Positions 29,025-38,125 of a stretch of DNA of 64,000 bases are shown in pieces. How positions within the stretch are numbered: position 1 is the stretch's first letter; every line of letters begins with the position of its first letter. Location of the stretch: assembly GCA_963663125.2 (NCBI GenBank), contig CAXXNW010000001.1, forward strand, positions 253,497 through 317,496, read 5' to 3'. The stretch is from Bacteroidales bacterium. Lineage in GTDB: Bacteria > Bacteroidota > Bacteroidia > Bacteroidales > Cfx3-03. Below the pieces are notes generated by a model. The model worked only from the letters and a program-made list of their open reading frames with translations. It made no database searches and was not told the DNA's origin. Both the position numbers and the translations under genes were made by a program.

Positions 29025-29127
29025 CCGGATTTCAAAAGCGTTATTTCCCTTCAATATCATGCCTTTTATATCGAATATAGCAATTCGCACAACGGTTTCA
29101 AAAGCGCTATTCCATTTCAATATCAGG
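29025..29127. repeat. two ~36-bp imperfect direct repeats 67 bp apart
   Basis: ccggatttcaaaagcgttatttcccttcaatatcatg (29025-29061) versus acggtttcaaaagcgctattccatttcaatatcagg (29092-29127). Confidence 0.55.
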
Positions 29128-29200
29128 TTAAAAAGGCTGGAATAATCTGGATACATCACTTCGTAACACCTAAAACAGCCCAATTCTTTGTCCAACCCAT

Positions 29201-29274
29201 GCCGAACAGATGCCGTATACAGTGAACGTTACATGTTCGGCGAAGATACGGCCCAGATACGGCGAAGGTACGGC
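29201..29274. repeat. iteron-like array: three tandem 11-mers ending in (A/G)TACGGC plus one inverted copy and an 8-bp inverted repeat
   Basis: The 11-mers are gaagatacggc (29242-52), ccagatacggc (29253-63) and gaaggtacggc (29264-74). The inverted copy gccgtat is at 29212-18. The inverted repeat is gccgaaca (29201-08) with tgttcggc (29234-41). Confidence 0.55.
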
Positions 29275-29872
29275 AACAGGAATAATTATGGAAGAAGTGT
29301 TCCTTACTGAAATAGGTATACACATTTAAGGATCAGGCAGTAATAGAAGGAGATTTAAAACATATCTGAAACAGAGGTTCTTTTGGAAGTGAACTGGAAG
29401 GATAACAAAACAAGCTTATGACGCACTAAAATCCCCGGTAAGATCATCCAATAACTCCTATAAAAAATAAAACCCGGCATCTTGTCTTTCTAAACACTCC
29501 CTATTCTACTTCTAATGCTCGATAGAAAGAAGTTAGAGTTACAATAGAATTACATTAGGCTTAGGTTAGGCTCAGCGCTCTGTCATGTTTTAAATAAAGT
29601 TGACATTGCTTTCTTTATAATCCTGAGCAACGCTTACCATAACAAAATCTAAGGGGTAAATGAGTGGCAGGAAAATAAGTTCTGTTTAAAACAGCTTGAG
29701 CTCGAAACCTTAGCTGTTTTATCGGAGTAAAATTGCTTTCTGCCAAATTTTAAAGAGAGAATTAACATTGATAAACTTACGTTTAGTCAACATCTTTAAC
29801 CTATATCTGTTAATAATTTCTGCAAAGAGTCCTCAAAATTTAATAAGATTTAAAGTATCTTTGAATCTAGAA

Positions 29873-29890
29873 TTGTAAAAGCTTTTACAA
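29873..29890. promoter_or_regulatory. perfect 18-bp palindrome TTGTAAAAGCTTTTACAA, 38 bp upstream of the 29929 ATG
   Basis: The sequence is exactly self-complementary. It sits in the position of a promoter or operator for the membrane-protein/PRTase pair. Confidence 0.35.
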
Positions 29891-29928
29891 ATCAACATAT
29901 GATTTATCAAAACTAAAAAATATAAAAG

Positions 29929-30450
29929 ATGAATTCAGCAATTCAATTTTCGCAAACGAAACAGGGACTGACAAATGTCAACACATATCTTTTAAGTGGC
30001 GCTTTTATAGCGGGCAATCTTATACTACCGCAACTGTGTCATCTCATTCCTAATGGCGGATTCATTTTTCTGCCCATCTTTTTCTTTACACTCATCGCAG
30101 CGTATAAGTATGGTCTGATCACCGGTTTGATGACGGCCATCCTTTCACCAACCCTAAACTTTCTGTTGTTCGGTATGCCGCCGGCAGCCATGTTACCGAT
30201 CATCCTTACAAAATCTATTTTACTTGCGGTTGCGGCAGCCATGATTGCTCAACGCACCGGTAAACTCTCTTTGCTGACACTGGCGCTTGTCGTTTTGGCT
30301 TATCAAGTTCCGGGTATGATGATCGAAGGAATTTCGCAAAACAGCTTCTTCATTGCCACGCAAGATGTCAGAATAGGTCTTCCGGGCATATTAATACAGA
30401 TAGTTGGCGGATTCTTCCTACTGAAATGGCTCGACAAACATGGAAACTAA
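29929..30450 (+). CDS. small polytopic membrane protein (ECF-transporter S-component-like)
   Basis: 173 aa with about 5-6 hydrophobic helices. It overlaps the downstream PRTase gene by 11 nt. The substrate is unknown. Confidence 0.55.
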   Translation: MNSAIQFSQTKQGLTNVNTYLLSGAFIAGNLILPQLCHLIPNGGFIFLPIFFFTLIAAYKYGLITGLMTAILSPTLNFLLFGMPPAAMLPIILTKSILLAVAAAMIAQRTGKLSLLTLALVVLAYQVPGMMIEGISQNSFFIATQDVRIGLPGILIQIVGGFFLLKWLDKHGN

Positions 30451-30838
30451 GAGCTGGAACGAAATCGTCGAAAGACTTCGTACGATACATTTCAATGAGC
30501 ATTTTGATTTTATCGTCGCCATTGCAAACGGAGGTATCATCCCTGCAGCACTCTTGAATCAGCGTTTCGGCTTCGAGATACAACTCTTGAAGCTTAACCT
30601 GCGCGATGCCCAACAAAATAAACTTTACGATACACCCAAGTTATTGGAAGAGATTAAATTTGACTTTGAAGGAAAATCAATCCTTTTGGTCGACGACCGT
30701 ATCAAGACCGGAACCACCATTGTCTATGCAAAACAACTACTTGCAAAAGCCGGCCTCATTAAAACTTTTGCGGTCAATGGGGATGCCGATTATTGCCTCT
30801 ATAATGAATTATGCTTCAGGCTTCCATGGCTAATATAG
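30440..30838 (+). CDS. phosphoribosyltransferase-domain protein
   Basis: PRPP-binding motif 'ILLVDDRIKTGTT'. Confidence 0.7.
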   Translation: METKSWNEIVERLRTIHFNEHFDFIVAIANGGIIPAALLNQRFGFEIQLLKLNLRDAQQNKLYDTPKLLEEIKFDFEGKSILLVDDRIKTGTTIVYAKQLLAKAGLIKTFAVNGDADYCLYNELCFRLPWLI

Positions 30839-30996
30839 TCCTCACGGTTCAATCAAAACGACAGTCCGGTTGTTTATTCTGTTAATTCTTTTATTTGCGA
30901 TGTTTGAAATTTCGTTGTCTGATATCTATTATACGTCAGTGGAATAACAAACTTTCGTTTATGAATTATTCAGGTTTAAACTATAAAAATCGAATT

Positions 30997-31956
30997 ATGA
31001 AAAGACGGGATTTTATCAAAGCAACTACTATTTCAGCCTCTATGCTGGGTCTCTTTTTTCCTGATTTATCTGCCATAGCCAGGACGTTAGACACCGGGAA
31101 GCTAGAAAAACGATCATTGGGACGTACCGGAAGAATGTTATCGGTGATTGGTTTTGGCGGAATTATTGTCCAGAACACTACTGCGGAAGAGGCTTCTGCC
31201 TATGTGAAGCTGGCTATTGATGCAGGCGTTAACTATTTTGATGTAGCTCCTTCATACGGGAATGCGGAAATCATGCTCGGCCCGGCACTGGAACCTTATA
31301 GACAGGATGTTTTTCTGGCATGTAAAACCGGAGACAGAACCAGAGATGGATCAAGAGCAGAACTGGAACGGTCGTTGCAACGAATGCGCACCGATCATTT
31401 CGACTTATATCAACTTCATGCCATGACCACAATGGAGGATGTCAAAAAAGTAATGGGGAAAGGTGGTGCGATGGAGACTTTTATTGAAGCAAAGAAAGAG
31501 GGGAAAATAAAAAATATCGGATTTTCGGCTCATTCCGTTGAAGCGGCCCTTGCACTTATGGATCAGTTTGATTTTGACACAATATTATATCCGGTAAATT
31601 TCACGACTTGGTATGCAGGAAATTTCGGTCCGCAGGTACTTGCACGCGCTCAGGAAAAGAAAATGGGCATCCTCGCGCTGAAGGCAATGGCGAAAGGTCC
31701 ATGGCCACAGGGTGCCGATCGCTCGCAATTTTCCAAGTGCTGGTACGAACCTTTATCAAACAAAGAGGATATAAGAATGGGGCTGCGCTTCACGCTTTCA
31801 CACCCGGTAACGGCTGCTATTCCTCCCGGTGAAGGTAAACTGTTTAAAATCGCGTTGGAACTGAGAAATAGTTTGACGCCGTTGAAAGAGAAAGAAGTGG
31901 AGGCTATAAAAGCAAAAGCGCTCTCGGGACAGCCAATATTCAAATTTGTAGGATGA
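30997..31956 (+). CDS. aldo/keto reductase with twin-arginine signal
   Basis: I place the start at 'MKRRDFIKATTISASMLG' (Tat-type RR motif). The AKR core has 'LGRTG...IGFGG' and 'FDVAPSYGN'. Confidence 0.8.
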   Translation: MKRRDFIKATTISASMLGLFFPDLSAIARTLDTGKLEKRSLGRTGRMLSVIGFGGIIVQNTTAEEASAYVKLAIDAGVNYFDVAPSYGNAEIMLGPALEPYRQDVFLACKTGDRTRDGSRAELERSLQRMRTDHFDLYQLHAMTTMEDVKKVMGKGGAMETFIEAKKEGKIKNIGFSAHSVEAALALMDQFDFDTILYPVNFTTWYAGNFGPQVLARAQEKKMGILALKAMAKGPWPQGADRSQFSKCWYEPLSNKEDIRMGLRFTLSHPVTAAIPPGEGKLFKIALELRNSLTPLKEKEVEAIKAKALSGQPIFKFVG

Positions 31957-32057
31957 TTTTAAATATCCGGCATGAATGAGGCGACATTCTCATTTTACCG
32001 GTAATCGGAGACATTTCTCCGGTAAGTATAAATAATTAATCAACGTTTCTACTTCAT

Positions 32058-32093
32058 ACTTCCTTAATCAGGAAGTAATTATTTTTGATTTTT
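32058..32093 (+). terminator. probable intrinsic terminator after the AKR gene
   Basis: acttcc-ttaatca-ggaagt followed by aattatttttgattttt. Confidence 0.45.
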
Positions 32094-32117
32094 ATGATCA
32101 TACAAAACGGTCCATTA

Positions 32118-34103
32118 ATGGGCAAGAAAGAATACGTGTTATCTGCAATTATTTTGATATTCCTAGGCGTTGTACCTTTTACATCAATTGCTCAGGAGAA
32201 AAAAGATTCTACGGTAATTAAACTGCACGAAGTCGTTATAACGTCTCAACGTGTCAACGATAGCCGGAAACTATTACCCGCATCGTTAACTGTCATCAAC
32301 CGGGCAACCCTGCAGATCTCTCCTAAAACCGATCTGTTGAAAGAGGCCGAACTGGCTACTCCCGGACTCTTCATCACCGGCAAAGGAATCATGGGTGCCG
32401 GAGCAGGACCATTGTCGTCGGGAAAAATTTCAATGCGTGGGTTGATGAGCTCTTCAAATTCTTCCACCCAGGTTCTCATCGACGGGGTGCCAATGATGAT
32501 GGGACTCTTCGGGCATCCGCTACCTGATGCCATTGATCAATCGAACATCGAACGAATTGAGGTTCTCAGGGGACCTGCATCCATGCAATATGGCGGCAGC
32601 GCTTTGGCCGGCGTTATCAATATCATCGCATCTGATCCGGCTGCTAATACGCAAAGTCTCTCTGCTTCAATGCAGTGGGGTTCTTATGGCACCGTAAAAC
32701 GATCGTTTTCAGCCTCTATCGGTAAAGAGAAATATTTCATACAAGCCGGGTATTCACATAATGCTACAGATGGATATAGAGAAAATTCCGCCTTTACAAA
32801 CGATGATTATTATTTCCGTTCCGGACTCAATCTCTCAAAGAATCTACTTCAAACATTCACCCTCTACCGTTCGAATGCTACAACAAACGATCCCGGAACA
32901 ACAGATACCCCGTTTCTGACCGTTACCCATGTACAACGGACGTTGGCTGCTTATAAACTCATGAATAGCTATCAGGGATTAAAGGGTGGGCTTACCGTAT
33001 ATTATCAGGAAGGGATTAACCATTTTTCGGATGGTTGGAATTCTAAGGATTATATGGGAGGCGCCCGTCTGGAAGAACAATTTGCTCTTTTCAAAGGGAA
33101 TACAATATTAACCGGTGCCGAAGCATGTTGGTACGGAGGGAAGGGTTCGCCGGTCGGATTTCCAACTTCAACGCTTAATGATGTATGGATTAAAGAAACC
33201 GAACAAAGCGCGTTTATCACGATGCAACAAAAGGCCGGTGAGATGCTTTCATTCAATGCCGGGGCAAGAACAGATCATCACAAATTATTCGGTAATACAA
33301 CCAGTCCCGCTGTAGGAGCTACACTTGCTATTGGTACCGGAACATCGATACGGGGATTATTCTCGCAGGGCTTCAGAAACCCTACTATTGGTGAGTTATA
33401 TTATTTTCCGCCTGCTAATGCAACACTAAAAACGGAGAAAGCCAGAAACTTTGAAATGGGTTTGGTTTCCAGCCTGCTCAAAAACCGCTTGTCTATCGAC
33501 CTCACTCTTTTCTCAACGATGGCTTCCGACCTTATTTTCACGGTTCCATCACCTGCCGGAAGCGTGTCTCCGGTTACGAATCTAAATGCCAAAAAAGTTT
33601 CGAATACAGGACTTGAGCTATCCACGCATTTTGCTATCGGTGCATTGAATCCAAATTCAAACACTTCCGATAATCAGGTTGACAAGCACGAGGCTACTGC
33701 AGGTGCCTACGAAACGGGCAAAAACAATCAGAATTTACTATTTGCGGATAATGGTATTTTTTCTGCCGCCCGGCTTTCCATAAACTACATGTATCTACAA
33801 CAAAACGATACGCCTCTCCCCTATTCTCCGAAGCATAAGCTTGCAGTTCAGCTTCAATCATCCGTCAGACGACTGTGTATCAATATGGAATACCAATTTA
33901 TCAGTGGAATGTACACAGACTATCCGGCTATAACATTAACAAAATACAATGTGGTTGATCTGGCGTTGATCTATCCGCTGATGCGACGAGTGCAATTGAA
34001 AGTAACCGGGAACAATCTATTTGATGAAAAATATCAGATTATGAAGGGATATCCCATGCCGGGCCGCATATTGATGGGTGGTTTTTCAGTAAATCTTTTT
34101 TAG
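32118..34103 (+). CDS. TonB-dependent receptor (small, ~660 aa)
   Basis: The signal peptide begins at MGKKEYVL. It has a plug motif 'IERIEVLRGPASMQYG' and a C-terminal Phe. The start could instead be ATG 32094. Confidence 0.85.
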   Translation: MGKKEYVLSAIILIFLGVVPFTSIAQEKKDSTVIKLHEVVITSQRVNDSRKLLPASLTVINRATLQISPKTDLLKEAELATPGLFITGKGIMGAGAGPLSSGKISMRGLMSSSNSSTQVLIDGVPMMMGLFGHPLPDAIDQSNIERIEVLRGPASMQYGGSALAGVINIIASDPAANTQSLSASMQWGSYGTVKRSFSASIGKEKYFIQAGYSHNATDGYRENSAFTNDDYYFRSGLNLSKNLLQTFTLYRSNATTNDPGTTDTPFLTVTHVQRTLAAYKLMNSYQGLKGGLTVYYQEGINHFSDGWNSKDYMGGARLEEQFALFKGNTILTGAEACWYGGKGSPVGFPTSTLNDVWIKETEQSAFITMQQKAGEMLSFNAGARTDHHKLFGNTTSPAVGATLAIGTGTSIRGLFSQGFRNPTIGELYYFPPANATLKTEKARNFEMGLVSSLLKNRLSIDLTLFSTMASDLIFTVPSPAGSVSPVTNLNAKKVSNTGLELSTHFAIGALNPNSNTSDNQVDKHEATAGAYETGKNNQNLLFADNGIFSAARLSINYMYLQQNDTPLPYSPKHKLAVQLQSSVRRLCINMEYQFISGMYTDYPAITLTKYNVVDLALIYPLMRRVQLKVTGNNLFDEKYQIMKGYPMPGRILMGGFSVNLF

Positions 34104-34126
34104 CAAAAAGCTGTGATAAGCTGAAT

Positions 34127-34165
34127 AAAAAGAGTGCCGTAACTTAAGGTTGCAGCACTCTTTTT
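34127..34165. terminator. bidirectional terminator between convergent TBDR and gnd genes
   Basis: aaaaagagtgc ... gcactcttttt. The 11-bp arms include the A/T runs. Confidence 0.65.
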
Positions 34166-34183
34166 ATTGATCAAAGGCAATAC

Positions 34184-35632
34184 TTATGCGGTATAAGTAG
34201 ATGATGCGGTATCTCCACCATGACCGGTCCAGTTGGTATGGAAGAATTTACCGCGCGGGCTATCCACTCTTTCATAGGTATGTGCGCCAAAGTAATCACG
34301 CTGAGCCTGAAGAAGGTTAGCCGGTAGCCGTTCGCTACGGAAACCGTCAAAGTAAGTCAATGCGGCAGCCAGACACGGAGCAGGAACGCCGTTAGTAACA
34401 GCGGTAGCCACAACACGTCGCCATCCTGCCTGGGCTTTCTCAATCTTTGCCTTGAAATAATCATCAAGTAACAGATTTTCCAGGTTGGGATTCTTATCAA
34501 AAGCTTCTTTTATCTTGCCCAAGAATACCGAACGGATGATACAACCTCCGCGCCACATCAACGCGATGCCGCCATTATTCAGTTTCCAATGATATTCTTT
34601 TGCAGCTTCAGCCATCAGATCATAACCTTGTGCATACGAAATAATCTTTGCAGCCAAAAGCGCATCTTTTAAATCACTAATAAACTGAGCTTTGTCGCCT
34701 TTAAACAATTTATCAGGGCCGTTTAAAAAGGCGGAAGCCTTTACGCGTAGGTCTTTCTGTGCAGAGAGACAACGTGCAAATACCGATTCGCCAATGAGTG
34801 TAAGAGGAATGCCCAGATCAAGCGCTGCTACGCCTGTCCATTTCCCGGTGCCTTTTTGGCCTGCAGTATCCAGAATCTTCTCTACCAAAGCTTCACCGTT
34901 TTCATCTTTGAAGCCTAAAATATCACGGGTGATTTCGATTAAATAACTATCGAGTTCACCCTTGTTCCATTCTGCGAAGACATCGTGCATCTCATCATCA
35001 CTCAAACCTAATAGATCCTTCATCAGCTGATAGGTTTCGCAAATAATCTGCATATCCCCATATTCGATGCCGTTATGAACCATCTTAACGAAATGACCGG
35101 CGCCATTTTCGCCAACCCATTCACAACATGGAGCGCCGTCAACCTTGGCGGCAACGGCCTGAAAGATATTTTTTACGGCAGGCCATGCTTCAGGTGAGCC
35201 ACCGGGCATCAATGAAGGACCGAGTAAAGCGCCTTCTTCGCCACCCGAAACGCCGGTGCCGATATAAAGCAGTCCCTTGCTTTCAACATATTTTGTACGA
35301 CGAATAGTATCGGGGAAGTGAGAGTTTCCCCCATCAATGATAATATCGCCCTTTTCGAGATGTGGGATAATCTGTTCAATAAGATCATCAACCGCATTTC
35401 CTGCTTTTACAAGCATCATCACCTTACGGGGACGTTCAAGGTTGGCACAAAGTTCGGCAACTGAATGACTGCCTATGAATTTTTTGCCGGCGCCACGTCC
35501 TGCAATGAATTTATCAACTTTTTCGACCGTACGATTGAATACAGCAACCGTAAAACCTTTGCTTTCCATATTAAGGACGAGATTTTCGCCCATTACGGCA
35601 AGGCCGATGAGGCCAATGTCTGCTTTTTTCAT
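34184..35632 (-). CDS. gnd: 6-phosphogluconate dehydrogenase, decarboxylating
   Basis: 482 aa with 'IGLIGLAVMGENL' (NADP site). Conservation is typical of Gnd throughout. Confidence 0.92.
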   Translation of the reverse strand: MKKADIGLIGLAVMGENLVLNMESKGFTVAVFNRTVEKVDKFIAGRGAGKKFIGSHSVAELCANLERPRKVMMLVKAGNAVDDLIEQIIPHLEKGDIIIDGGNSHFPDTIRRTKYVESKGLLYIGTGVSGGEEGALLGPSLMPGGSPEAWPAVKNIFQAVAAKVDGAPCCEWVGENGAGHFVKMVHNGIEYGDMQIICETYQLMKDLLGLSDDEMHDVFAEWNKGELDSYLIEITRDILGFKDENGEALVEKILDTAGQKGTGKWTGVAALDLGIPLTLIGESVFARCLSAQKDLRVKASAFLNGPDKLFKGDKAQFISDLKDALLAAKIISYAQGYDLMAEAAKEYHWKLNNGGIALMWRGGCIIRSVFLGKIKEAFDKNPNLENLLLDDYFKAKIEKAQAGWRRVVATAVTNGVPAPCLAAALTYFDGFRSERLPANLLQAQRDYFGAHTYERVDSPRGKFFHTNWTGHGGDTASSTYTA

Positions 35633-35697
35633 TTACTTGAAATTTTTTAAATCGTTGTTTAAATAATTACATACAAATTTACGATTATCTAACAGCT

Positions 35698-36828
35698 TTA
35701 GATGGTATTTACTTTGAATCCGATATTGCGAAGTTTGTCAATCATTCGTTGATCCAGATTGACGGCCTTAATCTCAAACACCGGGAATTCTCTTCGTACC
35801 GGATAATCACCACGTAACTTTTCGAACGCCCTGACCGAATCTCTCAACGCCTGATCATCATCACGGATGTCGTAGGTAGCCAAGATGGCTTCGCTTAAAA
35901 TCTGCTGTTCGGTTTTATGGTATCCATCTATTTCAATGGTCGTTGTTGCAGGTAATTCAACCTGTAAGCATTCCCAGTTGTCGATTCCTAAACCGAAGAA
36001 TTTACTGACAGCCCTGACACTCATACTGGTGCCGTTTGCTTTCCCATCTTTCGAATATCCGGCAATATGAGGCGTGCCCAGATCAATCATATCCAGCAAT
36101 CCGGTGTCGATATCAGGTTCATTCTCCCAACAATCGATTATTACACCCGAGAGGAGGTGGTTTTTGATAACAGATTTCAACGATTCTCTCTCTGCCACCT
36201 CGCCGCGGCATGAATTGATGAAGACCGGTTTTCTCCCGGCTTTCGCGAAGAAGTTTTCATCGGCCAGATGAAATGTTTTATCAACCCCTTCCATATTTAA
36301 AGGCACGTGCAAAGTGATGATATCCGCCTTTTCAAGTATTTCATCCAACGCAACAAAACCATGGGATCCTTCTTTTCGTGCCCTGGGTGGATCGTTCAGC
36401 AAGACCTTCAATCCAAGAAGTTCACTGATACGCGCTACTTTAGAGCCTACATTTCCAACACCGATGACACCAATAGTTTTGTCGGATAGAATCATCTCTT
36501 TTTTATGAGCCATTACCGATAATGCGGAAGCGACATACTGCTCCACCGATTTTGAATTGCATCCCGGGGCATTCGTCCATGCAATACCGGCTCTTTCGCA
36601 GTAATCGGTATCAATATGGTCAAAGCCAATGGTTGCAGTAGCAATAAACTTCACAGACGATCCGGCCAAAAGCTTTTCGTTACAAATGGTTCTTGTTCGT
36701 GTGATAATCGCATCCGCATCCTTCACAACCTCAGGAGTCGTCTTACTCCCGGGCAGGTAAAGAACCTCTGCAAAAGGTTCGAGAGCACCCTTGATATAAG
36801 GGATTTTGTCATCAATTATAATCTTCAT
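35698..36828 (-). CDS. pdxB: 4-phosphoerythronate dehydrogenase-type D-2-hydroxyacid dehydrogenase
   Basis: 'GVIGVGNVGSKV' NAD site, a PdxB-like N-terminus 'MKIIIDDKIPY' and a C-terminal extension. Confidence 0.75.
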   Translation of the reverse strand: MKIIIDDKIPYIKGALEPFAEVLYLPGSKTTPEVVKDADAIITRTRTICNEKLLAGSSVKFIATATIGFDHIDTDYCERAGIAWTNAPGCNSKSVEQYVASALSVMAHKKEMILSDKTIGVIGVGNVGSKVARISELLGLKVLLNDPPRARKEGSHGFVALDEILEKADIITLHVPLNMEGVDKTFHLADENFFAKAGRKPVFINSCRGEVAERESLKSVIKNHLLSGVIIDCWENEPDIDTGLLDMIDLGTPHIAGYSKDGKANGTSMSVRAVSKFFGLGIDNWECLQVELPATTTIEIDGYHKTEQQILSEAILATYDIRDDDQALRDSVRAFEKLRGDYPVRREFPVFEIKAVNLDQRMIDKLRNIGFKVNTI

Positions 36829-36830
36829 GC

Positions 36831-38120
36831 TTAATAGTTGAATCGGTCCTTAAATGCCCACAAACCCAGTGCGGGATTTGAAATATAATAAATCTCCTCA
36901 CCATCAGGAAGAAGGTTGTAACCATCTTTCAAAACCTTCGGATCATATTTCTTCGTCATCTCATCCAGATCGGCATATTTGAATCCGACACTTTCAATTT
37001 CTTTCTGCGTTAGGTTTTCCTTGGTACTTCCGGGACAATAAGTCACGGTGAAACGCCCTTCAGAAGAGCCATGAATAAGATGGGCGGCAGCACTGAGGTT
37101 ATTGCGCAGTTCTGCGTTTTCGTCGCATGCCTTCAAGGTAGCAGGAGTTCCGAAATAACCGTATTTCCGGATCAACCTGTCGATCTCTTTGTCCTCTCCA
37201 AACTCTTTCAAAGCAGGCGCTAACACGATTAACTCGCCGTCATCGGCAATAGCCATACGTGTCCGGTAGATTGATTTATTCCCCAGCCAGGTACTCTTAA
37301 ACTCGGTAGGATCGAGATATACCACCACTTTTTTCAAAGGCTTGTCGAGCATTTCGAAGTTTACCTGTAATGCTAATTTAGCAGCCTTATCGAAAACCTC
37401 AAAATCGTCACCGATAAATAGTCCGCGTGTTTTCACCTTTCCATCGGTCTTATCAAGTCCGACGACAGTTTGCACGTAAACGATCGGCAAGTGATTGGTA
37501 AAGTTTTCAGAGGCATAATTAAATACCCGCCGTACAGGCGTATCGGCATGTCCCATCATGCGTTCCATACCATACGCAGCACCAATGAAATGGCTCTTAT
37601 TGATTCCCTCCACTCCACCGGTGCCGACGAAAATGTTTTTGTTGTAGTTCGCCATTCCGACCACTTCGTGGGGAACAACCTGTCCGATGGAAAGGATCAA
37701 ATCAAAGTGTCCGTTAACCAGCAGTTTGTTGACTTGTGCCGGCCATGGGAAGTTTACGGCGCCGCCTGATACCTCCTTCACAAAGGCGGCAGGGACCTCG
37801 CCTACCGTAACCACATCATTACGCCAGTCGTGTACACGGATTAATGAGGATGGCAATGATCCGAACATGTGTGCAATCTGCTGACCGGTCATGGGGGAGT
37901 GCGTTCCCAATGCAGGAAGTACATCCGTAAGACGTTTTCCAAAATATTGCCACGCGAACTCGGTCAGCTCTCCGGCCCTGCTTGGCAGCCGGGTATAATC
38001 AGGAGGAATTGCCAATACCTTGTTACACCAGTCCATTTTATCCAACGCTTCGAACAAACCTCTTTTCAGGTCTTCAGCACTTAATTCGAGGCCAACGGAA
38101 CCGATTTCATAATACATCAT
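36831..38120 (-). CDS. LarA-like (DUF2088, lactate racemase family) putative 2-hydroxyacid racemase/epimerase
   Basis: About 429 aa starting from MMYYEIG. The family assignment comes from overall resemblance and the His/Lys/His segment 'VPHEVVGMANYNKNIFVGTGGVEGINKSH'. It is recalled from memory, not aligned. Confidence 0.55.
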   Translation of the reverse strand: MMYYEIGSVGLELSAEDLKRGLFEALDKMDWCNKVLAIPPDYTRLPSRAGELTEFAWQYFGKRLTDVLPALGTHSPMTGQQIAHMFGSLPSSLIRVHDWRNDVVTVGEVPAAFVKEVSGGAVNFPWPAQVNKLLVNGHFDLILSIGQVVPHEVVGMANYNKNIFVGTGGVEGINKSHFIGAAYGMERMMGHADTPVRRVFNYASENFTNHLPIVYVQTVVGLDKTDGKVKTRGLFIGDDFEVFDKAAKLALQVNFEMLDKPLKKVVVYLDPTEFKSTWLGNKSIYRTRMAIADDGELIVLAPALKEFGEDKEIDRLIRKYGYFGTPATLKACDENAELRNNLSAAAHLIHGSSEGRFTVTYCPGSTKENLTQKEIESVGFKYADLDEMTKKYDPKVLKDGYNLLPDGEEIYYISNPALGLWAFKDRFNY

Positions 38121-38125
38121 AGTCG

